Part shown: positions 1 through 13,800 of the stretch, one piece after another
Layout of the letters: each line of letters opens with the position of its first letter
How positions within the stretch are numbered: position 1 is the stretch's first letter
DNA from: Tubiluchus corallicola
Lineage: Eukaryota; Animalia; Priapulida
DNA: 64,000 bases
Assembly (NCBI GenBank): GCA_030141605.1
Contig: JAQGDQ010000401.1
Location: 124,001-188,000 of the forward strand
Direction of reading: 5' to 3'
Translations under genes and position numbers: made by a program
Notes under the pieces: generated by a model
What the model saw: only the letters and a program-made list of their open reading frames with translations
Told to the model about the DNA's origin: nothing
Database searches by the model: none

Positions 1-2300
1 AACTGCTTCTTGCATTGTAAGTAATCATGTTACTAATCAAAGGGTTCGGGTGTATGCAACGCTTGATTCAGAAAGTGCTTGTTCTTATATAACTACATGT
101 TTAGCTATGCAATTAGGCATTAAACCAACTAAATGTTTCCTTTGGCAGTATTATGCTAACACTAAATTAGCATAATTTAGCTCTGGGTAAACACCCAGAG
201 AGCTAGCACTAAATTAAGAATAGTTTATAATGCCTCTGCTAAGGTGAATAAATCTAGTCCATCCCTAAATGACTGCTTATACTGAGGCCTGTTCTAATGC
301 CTGACTTATGCAGTGTACTTCGTCATTTCAGGATGCACGAGTATGAATTAGTTAGTGACATTGAGAAGTCCTTCCTTGCAGTTGGTTTACATGAGCCTGA
401 TCAAGACGTCACACATTTTCTTTGGCTAAAGGTATTAGTAACACTGATCCTACTGGTAACTTGCAAATATTTTGTTTTACTCGCTGTCTGTTTGGAATTC
501 TGTGTAGCCCATGGATGCTAGCAGCCCATGTTGCCAAAACTGATGAAGCCATTTCCTTCTACAAATTAGCTAAAGATCTCTTTTCAACGGCATCTATGAA
601 TTTGAGGGAATTTGGTTCTAATAACATAAAGTTTGTTGCTTCTCTACCCGAGAAAGATAAAATTGCATCCTCAGAAATAAAAGTATTAGGATTAAAATGG
701 AGCGCCAAGGATGACACATTGTCTATTTCGCATAAGATTGTTGTAAACATACACAATAATCCGCTAAACACGAGATATTAAAACAAGTTGCAAGTCTGTT
801 TGACACCTGTGGTTATGTATCTCCGCTTACACTTGATGCAAAGTTGTTTTTAGCTGAACTTTGGGTAGAAAAGTATGGCTGGGACCAGTCACTTAGTGAG
901 CGTCATTTAGAACAATGGGAATTGATTGCTGATCTTCGCATATACCCCGTTGTATTTGTACTAATGTGGATGATGATATTTTATTTAATCTGTTGTGTTT
1001 TACTGATGCTTCTATGTATGCTTATGCTTATGTTGTCTTTTTACACCAGGTACCTCATGATGGGCAAGTTAGAGTGGATTAGGTCTTTTCCAAGAACTGC
1101 CTCGCTCCATTCCATGCTTAGAATTTCTAGGAGATTTAGTTGGCGCTCGTGCTGATAACTACGTTCGTCAAGAACTTAAATTAAGTACCGTAGCATGTAC
1201 ACTGTCTACAGACTTTTTGTGCGTATTATACTGGTTAAAGTCTAGTAAACCTCTTACTGCATTTATGCAGAAGAGGGTAGCAAAAATGTGTAGGTTTGAC
1301 AATTTTTTTTCCTTTCGCTGTGTACTATCTGTGCAGAACATTGCTGATTGTGCTACCAGGCCAAATTCTGGTCAGTTATCTGAAAGTTGGTTTCATGAGC
1401 CTGAATTTTTGCTTTCTGAAAAATCGGAATGGCCTACTTGTGATTTGCCTCCTCTTACATCTTTGCAATTAAAGCAGATAGAGGCAGAGATCAAAACTAA
1501 AGAGTCTAAAGAAATGATTGCTTTTGAATCTGTTCTTAGTGCTACAGATAATGTAACATGTGATCTTACTGTCATATCAGTTAATAAGTTCTCTTCTCTT
1601 CTCAGGTTACTTCAAACGACATGTTACATCTTTAAAGCTGTGAGGCTGTTTTGTAATCTTCCCGTTAGTGCACGTGTCTCTACTGCTGACTTGGAAGAGC
1701 GAACTTTAGCATGGGTGAGGCAGGCACAGCATTCTTTCACTTCTGAGCAGCTGAGGCATTTGAAAAATTTAGATCTCATTCCTGGATAAGGATGTTATTA
1801 TTCGATGTACAGAACGCTTAGGTAACCTAGTTTATTATGATTCTCAGAGGCCTATCCTCTTACCTAAGGACTATGAATGTTCATGTTACTAATTGCATAC
1901 GGGCCCATCTCAGACACTCGCAAAAATGAGTCAAAAATGTTTGATTCACAGTGGGCGTGTTGTTAACCACCGGGTTTTGTCTGGCTATCGATCATTCATA
2001 GGGGTCCTTATGCCTTACCTAAAATGGCGCACCTTTATCATGGATACAAACCACTAAACCTTTTTTGTATTGTGGAATCGACTACCTCGGTCCAGTAAGG
2101 ACAAATATTTTTAGAGGGGGTAACATTGTGTACAAGAAGGCATGGATTTGTCTCTTTACATGTTTTGTCACCCTTGGGGTCCACTTAGACAATTTTTGCT
2201 AGGCATGGACTTCCAAAGTTTATTCTCTCTGATGTACGGGAAAATATTTGAGCTAAAACCTAGTGCTGACTCATCAATGCAATAACGTAGACTTCAACAT
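1..2300 (+). mobile_element. Decayed BEL/Pao LTR retrotransposon pol (protease, RT, RNase H, integrase remnants)
   Basis: Broken reading frames give: VYATLDSES (protease LDSGS-like), RIVYNASAK..PSLNDCL and SDIEKSFL..DQDVTHFLW (BEL RT), MNLREF, KVLGLKW, WDQSL, VLYWL..NIADCATR..W..EPEFL (RNase H), GIDYLGP..KAWICLFTC..GVHL (integrase). Many stops, frameshifts and internal deletions. Confidence 0.9.
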
Positions 2301-3000
2301 CTAAAACTGTGCATGACCCTTCTTGTTCTTCTATGAATAATGCTGCTTCATTTGCAGGTGCAAATAAATCAGCCGATGATGTCATCAAGTCATGTGACAC
2401 ACCTAGCACCAGTACTTCACGACCTCAGCATCAGTCAGCAAAGAAGGCTTGTCAGTTTTTGCAGCAGATGATTGATGAAGATGAATCAAAGCATGACATA
2501 TTCCTCATATGGTTCCAGCAGTTTCTTCACCTCAAAGTTCATTGGGCACACATTTTCCATGGTTTGCTGGTTGTTGGTGCTGGCTGGTTCTCAAGTTTAC
2601 AGTTTACGCTTTCTTAAATAGTACTTGATCTAGTACTCAAGACTTTAGTGGACAGACTATGTTCCTGATAAAATATGTTTTATTGGCGATGTAAATACAT
2701 TCCACTGAAAGAAGAAAACATAAAAAAGATTACAACAGGAAACTCAAAAATAATCACCATGTATCCTCATCGTATTATACACCATTTGTTACTTATTATT
2801 ACATTTTTTATGCTACAAACCCAATTATGCTCATGTATTGTCATTTGATTTGTCTTGTTGATGATTTATTTGATTTGTTAGACATTATTTAGTTGATTAC
2901 CACTGTTTGCAATTGATCACATATTTTAATCTCTAGTGGCATCCAGTATTATCCGTACATTCAGAGATTTCGGTGTCCCTATGACTATTTTTTCTTTTTG

Positions 3001-3791
3001 ATTTCGGGAGAGTCGGGAAATCACATATATATTTCCCGATGTTAAATTTAATCTTGTGTGTTAGTCTAAGTTTGCCCCAAATTTCTCTAACATTTTTTCC
3101 AGTTCATGAATTTTCCTTTAACTACAATCTTATAATATAGCCTTGAATGTTAAACTTAAATTTGCCCTAGGTCTGTAGGTAGTTTCATACCATACAAGTA
3201 TGTATTGCATGAAGCCCACTACTTAGATTAATTTATGAAGGAAAAGTTTATATAAAGCCGCTCGATTCTCTTAGCTTTCACTGGCTAACGGAGCAAGTCC
3301 CTTTATATACGCCTATAGTGCTAAATAATAATTAAAATTATGGTGCACCTAACGTAAATTTATATTATGCCTTTTAAGGTGATTATTGTGCTTTAGTGCA
3401 TTGTGCTATTTGTGAAAATATGCTATTCATGTAATCGGTAATATGTAAGTAAACATTTATGATAATTAACTAACACCTTATATTTGTGAAATTTATGATG
3501 TTAGGACCAAACTATAATTTGTGAAGTCTGTATAGTCAATGAATTGAATGAAATAATTATTTACTTTGTTGTGACCACTTTTTAATCAAATTTTGTCTGT
3601 TTTTATTGTTGGTTTGTGGACTTTTGAATTAGGAAGTAAGAATGACTAAATAAAAATGATTATACGTTCAAAATAGTGAGATTCAAGCAATTAAAGAAAT
3701 ACATATCGAGTTTTACTTTAAAAATGGATAATAGCATAACCCTATCTTAACGGCAATCAAAAATATTTCTGTCAGTTTCAGTCCTGTTACA
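3001..3791 (+). mobile_element. Possible 3' LTR of the BEL element
   Basis: Purine tract ttcgggagag is followed by gtcgggaaat...atttcccga, and the stretch ends ...gttaca near 3791. The 5' LTR is outside the window, so this cannot be confirmed. Confidence 0.3.
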
Positions 3792-5834
3792 AATAGATTA
3801 TCAGGATAACGTCCTATAGGTTTCTCCCCTGAGTTTTTTTAACATAAAAATTGTAAACAATAAAACAAACTTTCAATACAGAGGAAGAAAAGGCAATGTT
3901 AAATTATGAGCCAAAAAACTTTCCATGCAAATCTATATTACTTAGCATTTCGCTTACTTACTGACTTACGTAACTAGACTAATAATTTAAAATGATTGTG
4001 CCAATTGATAAAATGTTGCTGACTCACCCTCCAGGGTGCACCACTCATTATTATTCACAAGATACGGTAATTTAAAATTTTACTTAGTTAGCAACATTTG
4101 TGCTACGAATGCTCTAATTATTTTTTCAAGCTTTACTTAATGTTATCAAAACTTGTTTCAAACGACCTACCATTAAAATAGCTGTGGCTAACGGTCATCG
4201 CGGAAGTTTAAATTTACACGTTTTATACAGCGTTACGGCCGATACAAGCCGTGTATACGAAAAGGTAGTATGTAAATGGTATAAAATTTTGAGACGAATG
4301 TAAGTGGAGGGTTTTCTTGTGCTTTAAACAGTGTTTTATTCAGCGTCTTAGAACTTGTGTTTTTTATAGTAACAGTCTCTGTCTTTCTACTCCTTGTCAT
4401 ACATATTTATAGATATTACATTACAATGCTCCAGCACAACGGTGTTTTTCAAGGAACCACCCACGATATCTTGATCCTCATACAGAATATCATGGTCTAG
4501 TTTTTTGCGTTGGAATTCTTATGTACTGCGTTTATTAGCAAGAAAAAATAAGCTGTTAAAGACTACTCCATATCCTGTTAAAGACCACTTCAGGAAGATC
4601 CGCCAGTACATGATGATGATGATGATGTGATTGTGATGCTGCTGACAATGATGACGATGATGATGTGATAATTATGATACTAACTTTTTCATTTCATTGC
4701 AATTTTTACAATTTAAGAAACTGCAACCACACTTTTTTATGAAAGACCCAATCAGCTAAACAACCAAGTTTGCAATAAAATGAAAGGAGACCAAACTTTG
4801 AACGTTTTCTCTTTTCTTGAATAAGAGCCAAAGAGCTAACACAAACTTTGTGCAAAGCAAGCTAAAAATTTGCGCAGGAGCAGAGGCCACAACAATAGCA
4901 ACAGTCCCAGAGGTGACAGCAGCAACAGCACGAGGCAAAAAGACTTTAAGATGGCGATCTTTATGGCAATACACGCGCTCGAAATTCGCCCAAAAAAGGT
5001 AAGTTATTTAGTTTATAAGTGTCTGTTGGGGCTATAATAGGTTTTTAATACTACCTGCAAAAAGTTTTTCGGACATCCCGTTTGTCTAGTCGGTGTTTCA
5101 ATGTTCTAAGCTCATAATAAAAACTTCCAAACATCTGTCATTTCCTTTTGGGTTTCATTATTATTGTATTAAACTTTCTCCCCCTAAGAAGTGCATGCAG
5201 GGTTCTGTACTCATAAATAAAGCGGTTTCCTCAGTTTGGATTCTCATGACCTTTCGCATGGTAGGTGCCCCTTTTTCCGAGGTTTTTTTTACAAAATGAT
5301 CGATTTTTTCCTCTTCCAATTCTTTTAAAATGCAATTTCTAAAACTAGAAAAATAGCCCCTGCAGCATGTTACAGAGTTGCAGGGACTGCAAATAGCAAT
5401 GAATTTTACAATGCCATCTTACAGATTAAACTGACAAGTTTCTATCTTCATCCGATGATGTTGCGCACACATCAATCCAATTCGAGGAGGGGCAACTAAA
5501 GCGTCCCATTATTACACTGGTGTCAGAAGTAGGATACAGAGCTTCATGATGTCTGATATTGTGATATTTGCATTCCTTAGTATTTCATTTGTAGCCCTCG
5601 GGTATTATTTATTATTATTCATGCTTTGGACTGCCAATGACCACAACTGCTATGTTATACTAAACACAAAACACGAAAGTTATTCATTTTAGATATTTTC
5701 TTTTCTTACAAATCTCAAACTGTTACAAAACATCAATTGCCGTTGTATAAACAACTCACAAACATTTAAAACACTGCTGGCATAAAATTTTCATTTCGTG
5801 TTTCCCATAAATTTGCATAACTACGTCTGAACTC

Positions 5835-5976
5835 CTAAACATCGATGTTAATAGTCAGGCTGCCATCAACATCAGAAAGTTCGTCTGATTTAAAATAAGC
5901 TATCAGTGTTCTGCTACCAGCTTTCGAAGGAGTACACTCAGTGGTTATCCGAGCTTCTGCACGCGAAGGAACATCT
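5835..5976 (-). pseudogene. TGase B last exon (barrel 2)
   Basis: ttcag|A DVPSRAEARITTECTPSKAGSRTLIAYFKSDELSDVDGSLTINIDV*; aligns with exon 17 of copy A. Confidence 0.9.
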
Positions 5977-6196
5977 CTGAAACATATAAAAAGACTTCCT
6001 ACCCGACAGTAACACAAAGTACAATCAACTTAATGTAACTTCTTATTGCAGCAGTGTTGTGACAGCAAGAAGTCTCAAAGAATTGCGCTATTGCTCTGAG
6101 GAACTTGAATTATAGACATATTGCTGTTAAAGTAAAGTGAATGAAAAAACAAAAACGTAATGCGACTGGAACAAACTAAAAACCTACTAACCATAC

Positions 6197-6335
6197 CTGC
6201 AGGTTATCTCCCTTGACCTTTCTATTCCTGGACCTTCGATGACAAACTTACAACGGTGTAATGTTCTATTTAGCAATGGGTTTTTAGCCTGCATTCAACC
6301 TCGAAAGGTCTGCTGACTTGATAAGGTGGAAAACC
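6197..6335 (-). pseudogene. TGase B exon 16, disrupted
   Basis: PPYQVSRPFEVECRLK/PLLNRTLHRCKFVIEGPGIERSREITC|gtatgg. It is 139 bp versus 140 bp in copy A (1-bp loss in an A run), and the acceptor reads cat instead of cag. Confidence 0.85.
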
Positions 6336-6707
6336 ATGCATAAAATAAATGACCTAGTAAGTAAGAGAAAATCTTCAGAGATAACTTTAAGAATTATAAG
6401 CTTGCTGGGCATCCCATGGCCAATAGTCATTCGTCTTTGGCATCCCATGGCCAATAGTCATTCGGCTTTGGTGATATGTTATTAGTAAGTAAGAATTATC
6501 TATACATAATTCATTTATCTTTATTTTAGGTGCGGATCATAAACCCAGTTGCTTGCCAGTTAAAAGAAGCGATATACATTTGTGTTAATACATGCCTTAA
6601 ATCTTGATAGTAAAACTTTTTAGAGTACCAGAAAATGGTACGTAACACCAATATGTATGCTAAGGTATTTACTCATGTGGTAGAGCTGCAGCGAAAACCA
6701 AAAGATG

Positions 6708-7939
6708 CAGTCTGGTCTGTTATCCGAAAAAAGGAGACTGACTGGATACAACTAGCAAATTTTCAGGAATGTTTTCTTTAGGTCATTTCAACAGCGTTTT
6801 GTACACTTTTTATAAAATTTTGCATTTTGGAGCGCTGTCCGAAGACACTAAAAGGTAACGAAATGGTCCACTACTTTAGAGACTTATAACTTCAGAACGT
6901 TCACAGATAGACGCTTGGGTACTGTTAGGGACGAATAGAAACTTATATGTGGTCTTTCATTTGGTAATACGACTAGTGATCCAGGAGCACACGAAATGGC
7001 CAAATAACGTCATCGGGACCCCTCTATCCTGTTCCCAAAATCAAATGTTTGTACATGACTTGCAAGCGAAGCCGTAAAATGTGTTGTTGCAAAACTCGTT
7101 GTCAGAAAATATTAGCACACGGGAACTGCGGTGAACTGCGCAAGTGTCACTGCTTGGATCGGAGAAATTAAGTAAGTTACATGCATGTTCCCTATACAAT
7201 GTAACGCAGAAGCTGATGACGTCAATATTATCGGCATTAAGGTACGGAGACGTCATAATGTGATGTTACTTAACGCTTAAAACATTTTTCATGTGAGTAG
7301 TTTATTAACAATCAGTTACTGATTTTGCCCATTTTTGTAACATTTTAGTGTTTTTGCCATAACTATTAATAACTTTAATGACGTCATTACCTGCAAACTA
7401 GCTATATTGAACAAAAAAGCTGCGCATCAGTTTCTCATATTTTTTATCACCATTTGATCTATTTTATGATTACTCACAGTTATTCGACCCTTATCACTGT
7501 CTTTGGCGTATAACGTAGAACCAAAATTCTTGTAGCAAATGGTTGATTTCCTGTTAGTCCATAATACATTTCGTCACATTTTATAGCTTCGCTTGCAAGA
7601 TGCAAATATTTTGGATAGAGAGGTATCGATGACGTAATTTGGTCTTTCGTGTGTCCCTGGTTCACCAAAACGCACTACCAAATGAAAGCCCACATATAAG
7701 TTACTATTTGTCCGTAATAGTACCTAGATATCTATCTGTGAACGTTTTGAAGTTATAAGCCTCCAAAATAGAGGACAATTTCGTGACACTTTAGTGTCCC
7801 GAGGCAGCGGCACAAAATGCAAAATTTTGTAAAGGAAAATGTCCAAAAAACGCTGTTAGAATGACTTAAAGAAAGCATTCCTGAAAATTTGGTAGCTGTA
7901 TTAAGTCAATCCCCTTTTCTCGGCTAACAGACCGGACTA
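6708..7939. mobile_element. Non-autonomous DNA transposon with ~375-bp imperfect TIRs and 3-bp TSD (Academ-like termini)
   Basis: 6708-~7085 is the reverse complement of ~7575-7939 (cagtctggtctgtt...aacagaccggacta). Flanked by atg at 6705-6707 and 7940-7942. No transposase ORF. Confidence 0.85.
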
Positions 7940-8649
7940 ATGGACTTAGTTGCAGTGACGAAGTATCGTGGAATAACATGTCGATATGACCACTCTTCAA
8001 AGTTGATAATGTATTCGTATTCGTTTTGCCTCACTGAATTGCACATACAACTTTTAAGGTTTCTTTTACAGTTTTGTGAAATTGATTACAAGCTACGATT
8101 GTTGCCAATCGCGTAGATAATAGCGCAGCAGCCGCTCCCCGAGAACATTTTTCAAAATTGGCGCCTTTTCAACGGCACCAAAACTCATTCATTTTGTTCG
8201 CATTTTACGTTTAGAATTTAAATAACACACATGCTTTTATGTTGTTTTGAGATTTAGGAAAAACTGCAATAATACGTACTATTATTATGTTTAATTTTAA
8301 ATACAAAATGAAAATTACGTACTTCATTTAAAACTGTATGCTTCTTTTGTTTCGATTTTAAACACAAAATTAAAACGTTTAGCGTACAAATGCGCTAAAA
8401 ATTGTATGTGATGTTTCACAGCGCCTTTTTTATGTGCTTGCTCCCCCTAACTTTAGTAGCGGACTGCGCCCCTGGATATGGTTTAGTCAAAGCAATAATG
8501 CACCATTTCGCAATAAAATTAGTCGATACAAAACATGCCTTCATGACAACAAACTGACTGAACTTAGTAATCACATGTCAGTAATTATACTATTAATTTT
8601 ATCAGTCGGTGTAACCAACTCCTGTTTTAAATTGTGTAAGTATAATCAC

Positions 8650-8712
8650 CATTGCAGAAATAGTTCTCGTGACAGCAATAGGATTTCCTCGTGTTGATTC
8701 TTTTCTCAAAGT
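8650..8712 (-). pseudogene. TGase B exon 7 remnant (3' half)
   Basis: KESTRGNPIAVTRTISAM|gtgatt versus RFSAQGNVILVTRAITAM|gtacac in copy A. The 5' part and acceptor are missing, with an in-frame stop upstream. Confidence 0.75.
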
Positions 8713-10893
8713 TCCAGATCGTAAAATACAAAAAAGCTTTATAATAACTTAACAAATGGATCTTCTTTTTTCTCCTACTTATTTTTTATTGGATAAAGGT
8801 TTTTTTACAAATGATTTTTAAAAGTTTTTAATACTAAAACATTTGATGTTTTCTTGATTTTTTTCACACGTCTGTTTTCCATCAAGTACAGTGTAGGCTA
8901 CTTCTTATTTGGTTTCACTGCCAGACTGTGTAAAGCCCTGTTTACACTACGGAGAAGATGCGTGACGCGACCTGGGTCTTCTCAGTCCCTTTCACGCCTT
9001 TATATGAATGTCGACTTACATCATTGCTTATACAACTGCTTACAGATGTGAGGACTTATTTTGTATCGTTAAAAACACTCTGCCAAGCCTCCAAATGCAC
9101 ATCGAAAGCCGATTTTGGCCGGTTTTTTGTTGAAGGTGCCTGAAACCATGTTCTAACAGAATCTAAAAAGAAACATCCTATTGCAACTTGTTTTAGGTTA
9201 CTTGTTATCTTTACCCGCCTATGCCGATAGTGATTGTTTGCGGCTAAAAGGTCTATAACTAGACATTTTTCAGGCCCATACTTGTAGCTGGCATCCAATA
9301 ACATGTTTACCTCACCAAAATTTTCTCTAAACTGCCAAAAGGAATTTGAAGGTCTGTTTCTGGTGATGTCCTGTCACTTGAAAATTTAGTAACCTATGTT
9401 TTGGTTAGTGGACCAACACCACGAGTTCAAAAATTCATTGCCCACTGACGCCGCTGAAGAGTGTACATAAAATTATTACGGAAAATTAAGGAAAATTACG
9501 CACAGGGTTCGAAATATTATTTAAACCAGAATACCTAGTATCATTTAGACAGTTTTGACTAACTTGCACTTGTCATTCACCTTTTCAATCAATACAACAA
9601 AATTCTTGTAATGCGCAGGCTCAGCCACCAAATAATAATAAACTGGTTTCTGTTGTAATTGCTATAAATTTTTAATAAATATTTGTAAATAATGAGTAGT
9701 TTTGTAACACCCTGTATATCACATTACATAAATAACTTCTGCATTTGTCTTTCGGTTCGGTGAACATAAATCAAAGAGGAAAAATAGGATTTATTCAACT
9801 GATCAGAGTCAGACCTAGTGATTCAGACAAACCAGACAAGAACCTTTCGTCAAGAACAGATACAAACTGACCACAAACCATGGCCAATCCCACTTAAGTT
9901 TGTTACACATATTTAACGCATCATTATTGTTACATAATGACGCAAAAATAGTTGCATAATAATCGAAAAATTGTAACATAGTAGCTGTTACGTAATGACG
10001 AATTACAATATGTTATTATGATACATTTTTGTTCCATAGTGTTGTAGGTATTGTTTTGTTAAATGACAAACCTTAACACTAGCAGTATATAATGTGAAAA
10101 GCACTTCTAACCCATTTCAATTTTTGAGGAACACTCGATTAGAAATCTCCTTTGAATACTTTGTGTTTCGTCCCTTCCTTACAGAGCAATTATTAAAGTA
10201 GACCGTGGTATTATTTTACAAGTAAAATTTCAGGGCATGTACATATTTTGCCCAAATCTTGCTTTTTGTTAATAAAATTATTATTACAAAAAACTGTGTA
10301 ACTAAATGTTTCTCTAGTCAGCTTGTTGAAAATTATTTTATGTATTATTATTGTCCAAAGTCATTATATTTATCATTACGTAACAGGCCTAGACATTATG
10401 AAGTTGAACTCAAAATCTAAATGTATTTAATTTTCGTCGTTGATTCATAAATTCTTAGTCAAAAATGTTTTCGTATTACATGACAGACATGACCTGTTTT
10501 TCACTTAAAATATAATAATGTTAATTTCTTTATTTTATGCAAGACTGACCCTATTCCAAAGTATTTTCTCTATTTTGGATTGTTAATTATACAGTAAATG
10601 TCATAATTCTAAATATTAATAGTGTTCCCTAAATTAAACCATTAATTTTCTTACCAACCACTGTCTAACGATCATTTTCTGTATCGTGTAAAGAATCGCA
10701 GACTAGCTAACTTTTTTAGTCTTTTCGCTATCCTTCCTCTAGTTCTATAATTATCTATTTGTAACAATTCTTCAAGGCGTACTCGTTAATTCTGTTATTA
10801 ATAATGTTCAATTATAAATTTCAAAAAACATAAATAAAATGAAATTGAATTGAACTGGATTTGTATTAGACTATAATTCTGTAAGGTGCTTAC

Positions 10894-13800
10894 CTGGCCA
10901 AACGACCAAGCACGATGGCTCATCTGATCATGCGAGCCAGTAAAGATAATTCCGGTATCGTGCAGATTCTGCAGAACGTACTCACTGCGCAGTGAGTCAT
11001 CTTCAAGGTACACGCTGTCTTCTGCGTTTAAAAAAAACGACGGAAACTGTTGTATATAGGAAAAAGGCATTTAAGCGTGCTTAACTTCTTTCAGGAAAAT
11101 AGTAACAAACAACATAGAAAAACACAGAATACCCAATAGCATATACAAGAAAAAGCACATACAGGAAAAACGCATTTAAGCGTGCTTAACTTCTCTCACA
11201 AATATAGTAACAAATACACTAAAATAGTAACAACACGAAACAGTAATATCTAAATGGCATTATCAGATGGCAAAAATATAGAATGTATTCAGAAAACATT
11301 TCGGCACCCAAACGCCACCATCATCAAAATTAATGTTATAACAAAATGCTTAACTTTAGAATATAGATAGAAGGAAATGGATACGGTCAGACTTAATTGG
11401 ATGTTCATTAACTTTTTAGGTGAACTATTTTGCAAACCATGGGTTTGTGATTTTCGTCTGCGTGCGACCAAACCCACACTAAAAATGTTTTATTTTTTTC
11501 TTTATTGCAAAATTCTCAGTAAGGCTTTGCTAAACATAAACGAGTTTAACGATTTTGTTCATCCAGTCAACTAACTTGGTAAAATAGGCAAATAAATAAT
11601 CTATTATTCTCAACATAAACTGATTACTAATCCTAAGTTCTGGAACAAGCATTGACTTCTTATATATAAGTTAGAGCGAAAAGTAAACGAAACTAAATAT
11701 CAAAATGAGTATTTAATAAATATAGCATTGTATAGATATACAACCAACAATGAACTGTGGTATAAAAATGACCAGTACTAATAATTTTTACAAACAAAAC
11801 AGTATATAAAGTACATTACGATATGCTATGATGCGTAGTAGGTCTACTATTAAGTAATAATGTGTACTTCGATAAACCTTTTTGTGTTTAGCTCACCTTT
11901 GCACCAAGGGTTGAACAATATACAAACTTTCGATGAAGCTTGATATGTCTCTATGCGTGATCGGTCATTCTAAAAATAAAATTGAATGTTTACAGGCGGC
12001 ATTTGTGATAAATATCTAGCAATAATTCATTCACCAGATATTTTGTGGGTATATTTATGAGTGGGTTTTTATTTTTCACTGTTTTCTTGGCGGTTACTGA
12101 AGAATTTGCGACAACCTACAACTCAAATGAACCATCTCAGTCTCCCACCATACAAAAGTGGATACACTTTTGGACTTCTAACAGTAATTTAAACCTAAGA
12201 AACATGGTGTTCAAAATAAATTACTTGTATTCAAGGACGGATTATGACTTTTTGGGGCCTTACTCTAATGAAATAATGAAATCAGACCGAGCCACCTGTA
12301 AATCGCCCGTATCTGTCTGGACATTGTTTACTCGTGATATATTTTAGTGACATTTACATAGCCTGAAGTAAACTTATTGCAAACTCTTTAAATAAACAGG
12401 CATAGCCACCTTTTGTTTGTCCATAAAAAATATACTTTACGAAATGCCACGATTTTACTATTTATTGCAAACCAAATTAGCACATATTTCAATGCAATCG
12501 TAGAGAACAACAGATTTTTTACCAAACGTTATGAAAGCTTGAGTGGCGCTAGGCTACAGCCTACTACTAGCCTACAAGATAATCTGGCCCTGCATGTTTT
12601 ACACAAACTTGCCGTTGGGTTTGTCATCACATAACAAGTCCAATTGCCAACACAGCAGGCATAAGGCGTTATGAGATCCACTGTGTGTCTAGTCCCTGAA
12701 GAAGCAGTTAATTTTGCTGCAAATGTGTCATTAGCTAATAAGGCGCTTTTGTCTTGTAAAGAAAAAATTGCCCGAGTGCCATTACTTTCAATTGCATAAT
12801 CCCCAAAGTCCATTTTGATACGAATCTCATGCTTTTCTGGATCATATTCACTCGACGTGTGGACCTGAAAGATTATAGGTGTACGTGGGCGTTAAAAATT
12901 ACTCTTACAGAATTTCAATCAATAAAAATGTTTGTTTTTTTGTAAAACTTTCGCGTAGGAAATCACAGAAATGATAAGTGTATATATACAAACACAAACA
13001 AAAAGGGAGGCTAACATCAAGCTTTTCTGCTAGTATTAATGAAGTATAGTTACACATTTCTACTTTGTAAGCTTATCGTTCTTTGAAAAGGTTTAAATAG
13101 TGATAATAATTTATCATTTATATAACTCAATCACATCGACTGACTTCGATGCGCTTTACAATTAAAAGTCTGATATCAATTGGTATATGAGCCCTACGAC
13201 TCTACAATCATTATAAAATTATTCATTCTAAAATCGTTATAAATTATTGTGATTGCGAGCAGTACTATAGAATTATAAATTCGATTTTAGAAACCACTTA
13301 CTCTATTTCAATGTGTGTAGGTAATGATCTATAATGCAGCTAAAATGTGCTCTTTTAAGTGCATTTTAAAATCTTGTAATGACGACAATTGACGCCTGGA
13401 TAACTGTTGCTGCTGGGGTGTTATTTTTGTTGTTGTCATTGTTGTTGTGTTGTCGTCTTGGTCGTCGTCACCGCCGCTGCTGCTACCTATCGTTTAGAAC
13501 TTACTCTAGGCACACACAAGTCAGTTCGTTTTTAAGTGTTTTCTTGACAATAAATATACATACCACCCAGCGCACCAGCTTTCCCCGCCGAATGACGGGC
13601 CGCCCTTCATTGATGACACAGTCATATTCATCTGTAAAATGCACCTTTGCATTCATGAGTGATTGAAACTCGACGTCAGTAATCTTTGCTGAAGACGTAA
13701 TGGATTCAACTAAAAGAAACTTGAACAATTAAAGTACAAGAAAACACACTTTATACATAAATTCCAACAAATCCGTCTAGAAATTTTATATCACTTTCAT

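Noticed and set aside
4756-5005. Short ORFs with a donor-like AAG|gtaagt
   Set aside because: No recognisable domain or partner exons; probably repeat debris.
11060-11220. ~105-bp tandem duplication (also a ~29-bp doublet at 6408-6470)
   Set aside because: Ordinary intronic slippage duplications.
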